A program made the translations under genes and the position numbers. The notes under the pieces are model-generated. The model searched no databases and had not been told where the DNA came from. It saw only the letters and a program-made list of their open reading frames with translations. Of a stretch of DNA of 48,081 nucleotides, positions 34,093 through 42,338 are shown piece by piece (within the stretch, counting starts at the first letter, position 1; every line of letters begins with the position of its first letter). The DNA is from Deltaproteobacteria bacterium (GTDB lineage: Bacteria; Myxococcota; Myxococcia; Myxococcales; 40CM-4-68-19), in contig JAYWAO010000593.1 of the NCBI GenBank assembly GCA_043782365.1, forward strand, positions 1 through 48,081. Direction: 5' to 3'.

Positions 34093-35990
34093 GCACCCTG
34101 CCGGGCGCGAGCAATGGCAATCGCAACGTCGACGGCGCGTCGCGGCCGCCCGGCCACCGCATCCTGGCGAGAGTATTACTCTTGGTGGCGGTCGGCATGC
34201 TGGGTCCGCTCACCGTGCTGGGCTGGGCCGGCTGGACCAGCCGCGACGAGCTCGCGCGGCACGAGGTGGCCGAGCGGGGCGCAGCCGCTGAGTTCATCGC
34301 GCTGCGCGTGCAGGACAAGCTGGCCGCGGGCCTCGATGCGCTGGAGGCCGCCGCGCGCGAGGGCCTGCCGGGCGCCGCCGACGCCGAGCAGCTGGCGACG
34401 CACCGCCACGCCGCGCTGCGCGAAGCGTTCGTCCGCAACCGGCCGCTCTTCGCCGAGGTGCTCCGGCTCGACGCCGAGGGCCGCGTGGTCGGGCGAGAGC
34501 CGGAGGGCGGCGGGCCGCTCGACGGGCAGCGGCTGCTCGCCGAGGCGCGGCGGGTCGATCACCCCGAGATCACCGATCTCCTCGCCGAGGAGGGCGGCGC
34601 GCGCCGCGCCTGGGCGGTGGTCCCCGTACACACCTGGGACGGCAAGCTCGTCGGCGTGGTGCTCGGCGCGATCGATCCGCGCGCGCCCCGTCTCGCCGGG
34701 ATCCTCAAAGGCGCGCTGCCGCTCCCGGGCGGCGCGCTGGAGCTCGTCGACGGCGCAGGCACGGTGGTGACCGGCACCGACCACGCGCACGTCCTCGCGG
34801 CGAGCGACCACCCGCTCCTGATCGCCGGGAGCATCCAGCAGCGGCGGTCCTCGGCGAACACCTGCAGCGCCTGCCACACCAGCCAGATGGGGGGCGTCGC
34901 GGGCGCCCGCTCCGGGCTCTTCGTGGTGGCCCCGCTCCCGGCCGCGCGGTGGGCCGTCACGCTGCGCGAGCCCGAGCCGGAGGCGCTGTCGTTCACCCGC
35001 GCGCTCTCGCACAACCTGCTCGGGCTACTCCTCTTGATGCTCGCGATCGCGCTGCTCTTCGCCTGGGGCGCGGCCGCCAGCGTGACGCGCCCGCTGGCGG
35101 CGCTGACCGCCGCCGCCGAGCGGCTGACCGCCGGCGCGCTCGCGGAGCCGATCCCCGCGCTCGACGGAGACGAGGTGGGCCGCCTGGGGCAGGCGCTGGA
35201 GCGGATGCGCCAGTCCCTCAAGCAGTCGCTCGAGCGGGTGGAGGCCGCCAACGCCGGCCTCGAGCTGCGGGTGGCCGAGCGGACGGGTGCGCTCGAGCAG
35301 AAAGGCCGCGAGCAGAAGGCCGATCAAGCGCGGGTGCGCCTCCTGCTCGGCAAGGTGATCGGCGCGCAGGAGGACGAGCGCCGCCGGGTCGCGCGCGAGC
35401 TGCACGACGAGACCAGCTCCAGCCTCGCCGCGGTGGTGATGAAGGTCCAGGCGGCGGTGAAGGTCTCCCCGCCCGGCGAGCTGCGCGCGCGGCTCGAGGA
35501 GGCGCAGGCGCTCGCGGTGCACACGCTCGACGAGGTGCACCGCCAGATCTGCGGGCTGCGCCCGTCGGTGCTCGACGACCTGGGCCTGCAGTCGGCGCTC
35601 CGCTGGTGCGCGGAGACCTCGCTGGAGGCGCGCGGCATCGCCGTGCGCACCGAGTTCTCCGGGCTCGGCGCGCGGCTCCCGGCCCACCTCGAGACGGTGG
35701 TCTTCCGCGTCGCCCAGGAGGCGATGACGAACATCGCCAAGCACGCGCAGGCCGAGAGCGTGCTGATCCAGGCGGCGGTGAGGGACGGCGAGCTGACCCT
35801 CGAGATCGAAGACGACGGCAGGGGCTTCGTCCCGGCGCAGCTCGCGGTGCCAGGCAGTGAGGGGCGCGGCTTTGGCCTCCTGGGCATGCGCGAGCGCGTC
35901 GAGATGCTCGGCGGTACGCTGCGGCTCGACTCCGCGCCAGGGCAGGGGACGCACCTGTCGCTCACGTTGCCCGTGCCCGAGCCGCGCTAG
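34089..35990 (+). CDS. Sensor histidine kinase (HisKA_3/NarX-class) with a Cache-like periplasmic domain carrying a CxxCH motif
   Basis: ORF 34005..35990 trimmed to MSTLPGA. Two TM helices flank a roughly 280-aa periplasmic domain containing CSACH. HAMP domain, H-box ELHDETSSSL, N-box EAMTNIAKHA, DDGRGF, GFGLLGMRERV. Confidence 0.9.
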   Translation: MSTLPGASNGNRNVDGASRPPGHRILARVLLLVAVGMLGPLTVLGWAGWTSRDELARHEVAERGAAAEFIALRVQDKLAAGLDALEAAAREGLPGAADAEQLATHRHAALREAFVRNRPLFAEVLRLDAEGRVVGREPEGGGPLDGQRLLAEARRVDHPEITDLLAEEGGARRAWAVVPVHTWDGKLVGVVLGAIDPRAPRLAGILKGALPLPGGALELVDGAGTVVTGTDHAHVLAASDHPLLIAGSIQQRRSSANTCSACHTSQMGGVAGARSGLFVVAPLPAARWAVTLREPEPEALSFTRALSHNLLGLLLLMLAIALLFAWGAAASVTRPLAALTAAAERLTAGALAEPIPALDGDEVGRLGQALERMRQSLKQSLERVEAANAGLELRVAERTGALEQKGREQKADQARVRLLLGKVIGAQEDERRRVARELHDETSSSLAAVVMKVQAAVKVSPPGELRARLEEAQALAVHTLDEVHRQICGLRPSVLDDLGLQSALRWCAETSLEARGIAVRTEFSGLGARLPAHLETVVFRVAQEAMTNIAKHAQAESVLIQAAVRDGELTLEIEDDGRGFVPAQLAVPGSEGRGFGLLGMRERVEMLGGTLRLDSAPGQGTHLSLTLPVPEPR

Positions 35991-36012
35991 CCGGGCGCTG
36001 AAGGAGGAGACG

Positions 36013-36669
36013 ATGGACAAGATCCGCGTGCTGGTCGCTGACGACCACGGCCTCTTGCGCGAGGGCATCCGCGCGCTGCTCGCGACCTCGGCGGACATCC
36101 TGGTGGTGGCCGAGGCCGCCGACGGCCGCGCCGCGGTGGACCTCTGCAAGCTGCACGATCCCGACGTGGTGCTGATGGACATCGCCATGCCCGGACTGGG
36201 CGGCCTGGAGGCGACGCTCGAGCTCAAGCGCGAGCACCCGCGCACCAGGGTGCTGGTGCTCACCCAGTACGAGGACCGCGAATATGTCAGACGCTTCCTC
36301 AAGGCGGGCGTCTCGGGCTTCGTGCTGAAGAAGACCGCGGGCTCCGCGCTCGCCGACGCCATCCGCTCGGTGGCGCGGGGCGGGCTGGTGCTCGACCCCA
36401 GCGTCGCGCGCGAGGCGATGGAGGACTCGGCGCGCCCGCGCCCGAGCGGCGAGCGCGACCTCTATGAGACGCTCACCGACCGCGAGAAGCAGGTGCTCAA
36501 GCTGGTGGCCGAGGGCCGCAGCAACAAGGAGGTGGCGGGGACGCTCGGCATCAGCGTGAAGACGGCGATGTCCCACCGCGAGCACGCGATGGAGAAGCTC
36601 GACCTGCACAACCGGACCGACCTGGTGCGCTTCGCGCTGCAGAAGGGGGTCCTCCCGCCCGAACGGTGA
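36013..36669 (+). CDS. NarL/FixJ (LuxR-type HTH) response regulator
   Basis: MDKIRVLVADDH...VVLMDIAMPG receiver domain. LTDREKQVLKLVAEGRSNKEVAGTLGISVKTAMSHREH HTH. RBS AAGGAGGA. Confidence 0.95.
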   Translation: MDKIRVLVADDHGLLREGIRALLATSADILVVAEAADGRAAVDLCKLHDPDVVLMDIAMPGLGGLEATLELKREHPRTRVLVLTQYEDREYVRRFLKAGVSGFVLKKTAGSALADAIRSVARGGLVLDPSVAREAMEDSARPRPSGERDLYETLTDREKQVLKLVAEGRSNKEVAGTLGISVKTAMSHREHAMEKLDLHNRTDLVRFALQKGVLPPER

Positions 36670-36852
36670 CCCGCGGCAGGCAACCGCAGGAATGCGTGGC
36701 TGCTCGTCGATCCAGGGACTCTTGCCCGGCCTTCCTCCGGTGCGCAGCCTCTCCAACCCGGGATTCAATCCGATAGCCCTGCGATTGACTCCTGATTCCA
36801 TCAAACTGCGCGCGCCTTACTCTTGCTTCAACCACGAAACAGGAGGCACGCC

Positions 36853-37305
36853 ATGGAGCGCTTCAACGGTGGAACGAAGGTTGGCGGCGGTTACTACTTC
36901 AACACCAGCACCTGGGAGTTCACGACCATCACCGGGGACTTCGGCACCCTGCCCGGCGACGCGCGGGTCAACTACTTCCACACCCCCTTGCTGGCGCTCT
37001 TCGTCGCGGCGCCCGTGATGGGCCTCGCGTTCGCGATCTTCCTCCCCTTCATCGGCTTCGCGCTGCCGCTCTACGCCCTCGGGCGCGCGGTGCTCAGCAC
37101 CGGCAAGGAGCTGGCGCACGAGGTAGCGGCCACCGTCACGCCGCAGTGGCACCCCGGCGAAGCCTACCTGGCCGGCAAGCCCGAGGCGGAGAAGGGAACG
37201 GCGCGCGGCGCGGAGAAGGCAGCGGGGCAGGACCCGGGCGCGCTCGACGGGCTGCAGGGCGAGATCGCCGCCCGCCGGGAGCAGGAGAAGGGCGAGAAGA
37301 AGTAA
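36853..37305 (+). CDS. Hypothetical membrane protein
   Basis: ORF 36823..37305 trimmed to MERFNGGTKVGGGYYFN (RBS AGGAGG at 36841). High GC3. One or two TM helices and a charged C-terminal tail. Confidence 0.6.
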   Translation: MERFNGGTKVGGGYYFNTSTWEFTTITGDFGTLPGDARVNYFHTPLLALFVAAPVMGLAFAIFLPFIGFALPLYALGRAVLSTGKELAHEVAATVTPQWHPGEAYLAGKPEAEKGTARGAEKAAGQDPGALDGLQGEIAARREQEKGEKK

Positions 37306-37356
37306 GACTCGCGCTCCGCGCGGCAGCCGCCGCGTTCGCAGGAGACCGCGCCGCCC

Positions 37357-37374
37357 AGGGGCCGCGCGGCCTCT
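37357..37374. terminator. GC-rich palindromic hairpin between convergent genes
   Basis: AGGGGCC-GCGC-GGCCTCT. The core GGCCGCGCGGCC is a 12-bp palindrome. Weak evidence. Confidence 0.25.
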
Positions 37375-37381
37375 GACGTTT

Positions 37382-37897
37382 CTACTCCGTGCGCACGATG
37401 CAGAGCACGCCCACCCGTTGCGGGTCGAGCGCGGCCAGCCACGCCTGCAGCTGCCGCCACGCCGAGAAGATCGCCAGCACCGCGGACTCATCGGTCCCGC
37501 CGATCTGCTCGCGGACCTTCGCGCCGATGTCCTCCTGGTCCATCTTGTGCTCCCGCAGCCGCGTCAAGAGCTCCTTGGCGCCCTGCGGGTCGAAGACGGC
37601 CGCGGTGGTGGTCGTGGTGGAGGCGCCCGCGAAGCCCTGGTCGGAGAAGAGCGAGGAGAACCCGCGGGTCTGCAGCAGCCGGTCGAGCATCGAGAACGCC
37701 AGCCCCGAGCCCTCGTACTGCGAGTGCAGCGTGGCCTTGGCAGTGAGGAACGGCAGCAGGTCGTCCTCTACGACCGTGCGCTTCTTGGAGAAGAAGAGCC
37801 GCTTCTCGCTGATCTCGCGCTTGCGGGGCACCGTGGCCTCGTGCAGCTCGAAGAGGAGCGCGCCGGGCAGCAAGTAGAACTCAGCGATGGCGGCCAT
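37382..37897 (-). CDS. Hypothetical cytoplasmic protein (possibly DUF1877/YfbM-like)
   Basis: 171 aa with strong GC3 bias. The resemblance of the N-terminus (MAAIAEFYLL) and C-terminus to YfbM-type proteins is by eye only. Confidence 0.55.
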   Translation of the reverse strand: MAAIAEFYLLPGALLFELHEATVPRKREISEKRLFFSKKRTVVEDDLLPFLTAKATLHSQYEGSGLAFSMLDRLLQTRGFSSLFSDQGFAGASTTTTTAAVFDPQGAKELLTRLREHKMDQEDIGAKVREQIGGTDESAVLAIFSAWRQLQAWLAALDPQRVGVLCIVRTE

Positions 37898-37962
37898 GGT
37901 GCTCTCCCTCCCTCCGGCAGGAGTCTGAACGGGATAGGCGGCGCCGTGTCAACCGCGGACCG

Positions 37963-38373
37963 TCAGATCGGACCGTTCCCAAGGCTCCGGACGGGCGCCT
38001 GCAGGGGCCGCGCGCGGGGAAGGGGCTGCGCCTCGTCGCTCTCTTCGGAAGCGGCGCCAACGCCGTCGATGGAGTCGAGGTAGGGGCAGCCCGAGGACTC
38101 ATCGGAGGAAATCCCGAAGCCGCCGATCGGCGGGTGACCCGGCGGGAGCGCGCGAGCACTCCCTCCAGCGGCCAGCGACCTCGGCTGGGCAGCCTCGGCA
38201 AAGCCGCGCTGGACCCTGCGTCCGACCGGCCCGTGCCCGAACAGCACCGCGCCGAGAAACAAGCCCGACATCAGGCCCGTCAGCAGCACGAAACCCGTGC
38301 GAACCAGTGGCCCCGGCGGAGTTGCGATTGGCTCGGGAGCGGGGGCGGAAACGGTGGGGTCTGAGAGGTCCAT
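37963..38373 (-). CDS. Hypothetical single-TM protein
   Basis: ORF 37963..38478 trimmed to MDLSDPTV. One TM helix ([19 protein letters not shown]). Low-complexity sequence with moderate GC3. Confidence 0.3.
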   Translation of the reverse strand: MDLSDPTVSAPAPEPIATPPGPLVRTGFVLLTGLMSGLFLGAVLFGHGPVGRRVQRGFAEAAQPRSLAAGGSARALPPGHPPIGGFGISSDESSGCPYLDSIDGVGAASEESDEAQPLPRARPLQAPVRSLGNGPI

Positions 38374-38509
38374 GGCGAATCGATGCCGCGGGCGGAAAGA
38401 GGTTCCGCGGGCTGGGACGAAGGTGCCGTTCGGGGCGGCTCCCACCGGCGCTCTCTCGGACGGCGCGCCCATTTCCAATTGCGCAGGGTAGCTGCTCTAT
38501 GCTGCGGGC

Positions 38510-39694
38510 ATGTCCACCAAGCCCGAGGCCGCCTTCCGCTGGGAAGACCCGCTCCTTCTCGACGACCAGCTCACGCCCGAAGAGCGGCAGCTCCAGGCGA
38601 GCGCGCGCGACTACTGCCAGGCGAAGCTCATGCCGCGGATCCTCGAGGCCAACCGGCACGAGCGGTTCGACCGCGAGATCCTCCGCGAGCTCGGCGAGCT
38701 TGGACTCTTGGGCTCGACGCTGACGGGCTACGGCTGCGCGGGCGCCTCGTATGTGTGTTACGGGCTCGCCGCGCGCGAGGTGGAGCGGGTCGACTCCGCC
38801 TACCGCTCCAGCATGTCGGTGCAGTCGAGCCTCGTCATGTACCCGATCCACGCCTACGGCACCGAGGCGCAGCGCGAGAAGTACCTGCCCGCGCTCGCCA
38901 GGGGCGACCTGGTGGGCTGCTTCGGTCTCACCGAGCCAGACGCCGGCTCCGACCCCGGCAGCATGCGCAGCCGCGCGCGCAAGGTGCCGGGCGGCTTCGT
39001 GCTGACAGGCAACAAGACCTGGATCACCAACGCGCCGATCGCCGACGTCTTCGTGGTCTGGGTGAAGGACGACGCGGGCGTGGTCCGCGGGTTCGTCCTG
39101 GAGAAGGGGATGAAGGGCCTCTCCGCGCCGAAGATCGAGGGCAAGTTCAGCCTGCGTGCCTCGGCGACAGGCGAGATCGTGATGGACGAGGTAGAGGTCT
39201 CAGATAGCCAACTATTACCAAATGTCAGTGGCTTGAAGGGACCGTTCGGCTGCCTCACCCGCGCCCGCTACGGCATCGCCTGGGGCGCGATGGGGGCCGC
39301 CGAGTTCTGCTGGCACGCTGCGCGAAACTACACCCTGGCCCGCAAGCAGTTCGGCCGGCCGCTCGCCGCCACGCAGCTGATCCAGCTGAAGCTCGCCGAC
39401 ATGCAGACCGAGATCACGCTCGGGCTGCAGGCCGCGCTCCGGGTGGGCCGCCTGCTGGACGAGGGCCGGGCCTTGCCCGAGATGGTCTCGCTGATCAAGC
39501 GCAACAACGCGGGGAAGGCGCTCGAGATCGCCCGGGCCGCCCGCGACATGCACGGCGGCAACGGCATCTCCGACGCCTTCCACGTGGTGCGCCACATGAT
39601 GAACCTGGAGGCCGTCAACACCTACGAGGGCACGCACGACGTGCACGCGCTCATCCTCGGGCGGGCGATCACGGGCATCCAGGCCTTCAGCTAA
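38510..39694 (+). CDS. gcdH: Glutaryl-CoA dehydrogenase (acyl-CoA dehydrogenase family)
   Basis: 394 aa, colinear with GcdH: ...[18 protein letters not shown]..., [45 protein letters not shown]. Confidence 0.9.
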   Translation: MSTKPEAAFRWEDPLLLDDQLTPEERQLQASARDYCQAKLMPRILEANRHERFDREILRELGELGLLGSTLTGYGCAGASYVCYGLAAREVERVDSAYRSSMSVQSSLVMYPIHAYGTEAQREKYLPALARGDLVGCFGLTEPDAGSDPGSMRSRARKVPGGFVLTGNKTWITNAPIADVFVVWVKDDAGVVRGFVLEKGMKGLSAPKIEGKFSLRASATGEIVMDEVEVSDSQLLPNVSGLKGPFGCLTRARYGIAWGAMGAAEFCWHAARNYTLARKQFGRPLAATQLIQLKLADMQTEITLGLQAALRVGRLLDEGRALPEMVSLIKRNNAGKALEIARAARDMHGGNGISDAFHVVRHMMNLEAVNTYEGTHDVHALILGRAITGIQAFS

Positions 39695-39718
39695 CGAAAC
39701 CTACCGAGGCCGCGCGGG

Positions 39719-40540
39719 CTACGGCTTGACCACCGTGTTGCCCGCCAGCGTCACCGCGGTCTGCGCGAGCAGGCGGCCGTTCGCGGTCGCGCCGGTCTTC
39801 AGCGTGATCGAGGTCTGCGAGAGGATGACGCCCTCCAGGTGCGCGGTGGTCCCGATGTCCACGACGCCGAACACCTGCCAGACGATGTTCTGCGGGAGCG
39901 CGCCGCCGGAGAGCACCACCCGCGCCGCCGACGCCTGGGTGATGCCGCCCGCGATCTGGAAGATCCAGGTGTCGGTCGCGCTCCCTGTCAGCGTCACGTT
40001 GGTGGAGATGTTCACCGTGTTCGACCACTTGTAGAGGCCCGCGGGAAGCGTCAGCCCGCCCAGGTTGCCCGCGGCGAGCTCGGTGTGGTCGGGGGTCACC
40101 CGGCCGGCGGCGTCGGTGTAGGCCGTCTGCATGTCGCCGATGGCGGTGGTCAGGTTCGAGGGCGTCGGCGCCGCATAGTCGGACGCATAGACGTTGCCCG
40201 TTACCTGCGGCGAGGTGGAGGCCGCGCCGGCGGTGGGCAGCGTCAGCGTGAAGCCCGTGATGAAGCTGGCGGCCGCAGGGCTCAGGCCGATGTTGCCGGT
40301 GATGGCGGAGGTCGGCACGTTTGAGACCGACGACTTCGCCAGGATGACGTAGTTGGCGGAGGTCCCGAGCGAGACCGGCGAGGGGCCGTGGCCGCCCGCG
40401 CCGCCCGTCCCGGAGCCCGCGCCTGGCGTGGTCGGCGAGACATCCGGGCCGGCAGAGTCGGTGCCGCAGGCGGCGAGGGAGCCGGCGGCGAGCAGCGCGG
40501 CGGCGAGGCGGATCAGCGAGCGGCAGTCAGGTCGAATCAT
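39719..40540 (-). CDS. DUF3494 'ice-binding-like' beta-solenoid lipoprotein
   Basis: ORF 39719..40657 trimmed to MIRPDCRSLIRLAAALLAAGSLAACG (RBS AGGAGG). LGTSANYVILAKSSVSNVPTSAITGNIGLSPAAASFITGF is the family signature. Confidence 0.75.
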   Translation of the reverse strand: MIRPDCRSLIRLAAALLAAGSLAACGTDSAGPDVSPTTPGAGSGTGGAGGHGPSPVSLGTSANYVILAKSSVSNVPTSAITGNIGLSPAAASFITGFTLTLPTAGAASTSPQVTGNVYASDYAAPTPSNLTTAIGDMQTAYTDAAGRVTPDHTELAAGNLGGLTLPAGLYKWSNTVNISTNVTLTGSATDTWIFQIAGGITQASAARVVLSGGALPQNIVWQVFGVVDIGTTAHLEGVILSQTSITLKTGATANGRLLAQTAVTLAGNTVVKP

Positions 40541-40751
40541 GGTGGCTCCTCCTGGTGCCACCGGAATCCGATGGCTGCGGCGCCGGGCGAACCGCCCGGG
40601 CTGCGGAGGAGGGCTCGTGCACCGGGCGTGCCGTCGCCGCGACCCGGCAGCCGTCACTCTGCGCGCTGCGCCTCGACGGCGCCCACGGGAGCGTCCCTCG
40701 AACGTTCGGGGCGGGCCAAGGGGTGTCGACCGAGCCTGCCGCGAGACCCTG

Positions 40752-41648
40752 CTAGCCAGGCGGGTGCAGCGCGGTGAAAGCCTGCAGCTGCCCGGCGATC
40801 GCGCGCACGAGCGCGTCCGGCACGCCCTCCTGGCAGGTCGAACGCGGGCGCAGGTCGAGCGGGTCGTTGGCGTAGTCCACCACCGAGAACCCGCCGTCAG
40901 GGAGCAGCGCGATCTCGGTGGAGAAGAGCCGCAGGCCCGAGACCCGCGCGATGATCCGGGCGAGGTCGCGCAGGCCGACGAGACCGAGCGCGAGCTCCTC
41001 GGCGGCGGTGACGGGCGCGTAGACGTGGGTCGCGATGTCCCACCAGCACGGGTAGATCTCGCCGTCGCAGTAGATCACGCGGAACCACGCCGCGCGGCCG
41101 CCGGGCGTCGCCGGCACCAGGTACGTCTGCAGGAGGAACTCGTCCTCCGGGAAGCGGGCGCGCGCCGCGAGCACCTCGGCGAGCGTGCTGGCCTGGGTCA
41201 CCACGCCCTCGCCGCCGCCGCCGTGCGCGGGCTTGATGGTGAAGCAGGGCCCGAGCGGCGAGAGGTCGAGGCTGGCGAGCGCGGGCTCGGCTGCGTGCGG
41301 CGGGAGCACGATGGTGTATGGCGTGCGGAGCTGCGAAAAGAGGGCCCGGTGCATCGCCGACTTGTCGGCGGCGCGGACCGCGTGCTCGTGGGGGTTGAGC
41401 CGCGGCACGCCCTGCTCCTTGGCCCAGGCGTCGAGCGGGAGGAAGCGCGGCTCGGCCTCGCTGGCGCGGTCGAGGAGGGCGCCAAAATGGAGGCTGCCCG
41501 AGGCGAGCTCCGCGAGCGTGGCGCCCAGGTTCGCCGGCGTGACCTGGAGGAGCGTCTGGCCGTGCGCCCGCAGGGCTGCCTCGAGGAGCGCGACGAAGGC
41601 GGCGTCGTACTCCCAGTTCCACGCGAGGCAGAGGTCGTAGGAGGTCAC
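40752..41648 (-). CDS. ATP-grasp fold protein
   Basis: C-terminal 298 codons of ORF 40752..42569 from GTG 41648 (VTSYDLCLAWNWEYD). ATP-grasp-like blocks CFTIKPAHGGGGEGVV, LLQTYLVP, FRVIYCDGEIY, FSTEIALLPDGGFSVVDYAND. Confidence 0.65.
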   Translation of the reverse strand: MTSYDLCLAWNWEYDAAFVALLEAALRAHGQTLLQVTPANLGATLAELASGSLHFGALLDRASEAEPRFLPLDAWAKEQGVPRLNPHEHAVRAADKSAMHRALFSQLRTPYTIVLPPHAAEPALASLDLSPLGPCFTIKPAHGGGGEGVVTQASTLAEVLAARARFPEDEFLLQTYLVPATPGGRAAWFRVIYCDGEIYPCWWDIATHVYAPVTAAEELALGLVGLRDLARIIARVSGLRLFSTEIALLPDGGFSVVDYANDPLDLRPRSTCQEGVPDALVRAIAGQLQAFTALHPPG

Positions 41649-42073
41649 GGCCGCCGCGCGGTCTTGGCCGGCGAAGGCCTGGCGGGCCAATAGGTGGTCG
41701 CCCGGCGCGTCCCCTTCGACTTCACCTGCCCGGCCTCGAGCAGCCGCTTCACCGGCAGCGACAGATCCTTGGTGGGCGCGCCGAGCACCTTGGCCAGCTG
41801 CTCGATGCGCAGGCCCGGCTGGGCGGCGATCGCAGCGCGGAGGCTCCCGGCGGCGCGCTGCAGCTCTGCGGGCTGGCGGCGCGCGCTCCTGCCGCCGTTG
41901 GAGCCGTCCGCTCCGCCCTCTGCCGAAGCCGGGAGCGCGCCCGCCACCGCCCGCGTCACGCTCTCGAGGATGGCGGTCTTCACCACCGCGACCAGCGCGG
42001 CGGCGAAGGCTGCGGTGAGCCGGTCGATCTCGTGCTGGAACTTCTGCTGGAAGGCGGGTGCTGCCTGGCTCAT
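41645..42073 (-). CDS. Small protein with a C-terminal winged-helix-like DNA-binding motif
   Basis: ORF 41645..42463 trimmed to MSQAAPAFQQKF (RBS AGGAG). C-terminus is GLRIEQLAKVLGAPTKDLSLPVKRLLEAGQVKSKGTRRATTYW. Its TGA overlaps the GTG of the ATP-grasp gene. Confidence 0.55.
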   Translation of the reverse strand: MSQAAPAFQQKFQHEIDRLTAAFAAALVAVVKTAILESVTRAVAGALPASAEGGADGSNGGRSARRQPAELQRAAGSLRAAIAAQPGLRIEQLAKVLGAPTKDLSLPVKRLLEAGQVKSKGTRRATTYWPARPSPAKTARRP

Positions 42074-42338
42074 GTGGGGCGGCTCCTGGGAAGCTGGCAG
42101 ATAGCACCCGCTCCCGATGACCGCACCTGAAACCGCCCGCCGCGCCTGGGTGCCAGTGTGGACGTGGCAGTTGCGGTCCGGGACCAAGGTGGTCTCCAAC
42201 TCCGTCCAGCCGGGTGCGACGCCTGGGCCCCTCGCCAATCCCGGCTCCCAGAGCGGGACCGGGCGCGAAGAGGCTTGTCTGGCAGAGTGAAGAGACACGG
42301 TCAAACAGCCAATCAGGTAGAGCGGTGGGCATCCTTGT

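Noticed and set aside
31749-34157. 802-aa minus-strand ORF, and the 741-aa plus-strand ORF at 31829..34054
   Set aside because: They are antisense or out of frame relative to the cytochrome b, M56 and anchored-protein genes, with low-complexity Arg/Gly/Pro-rich translations.
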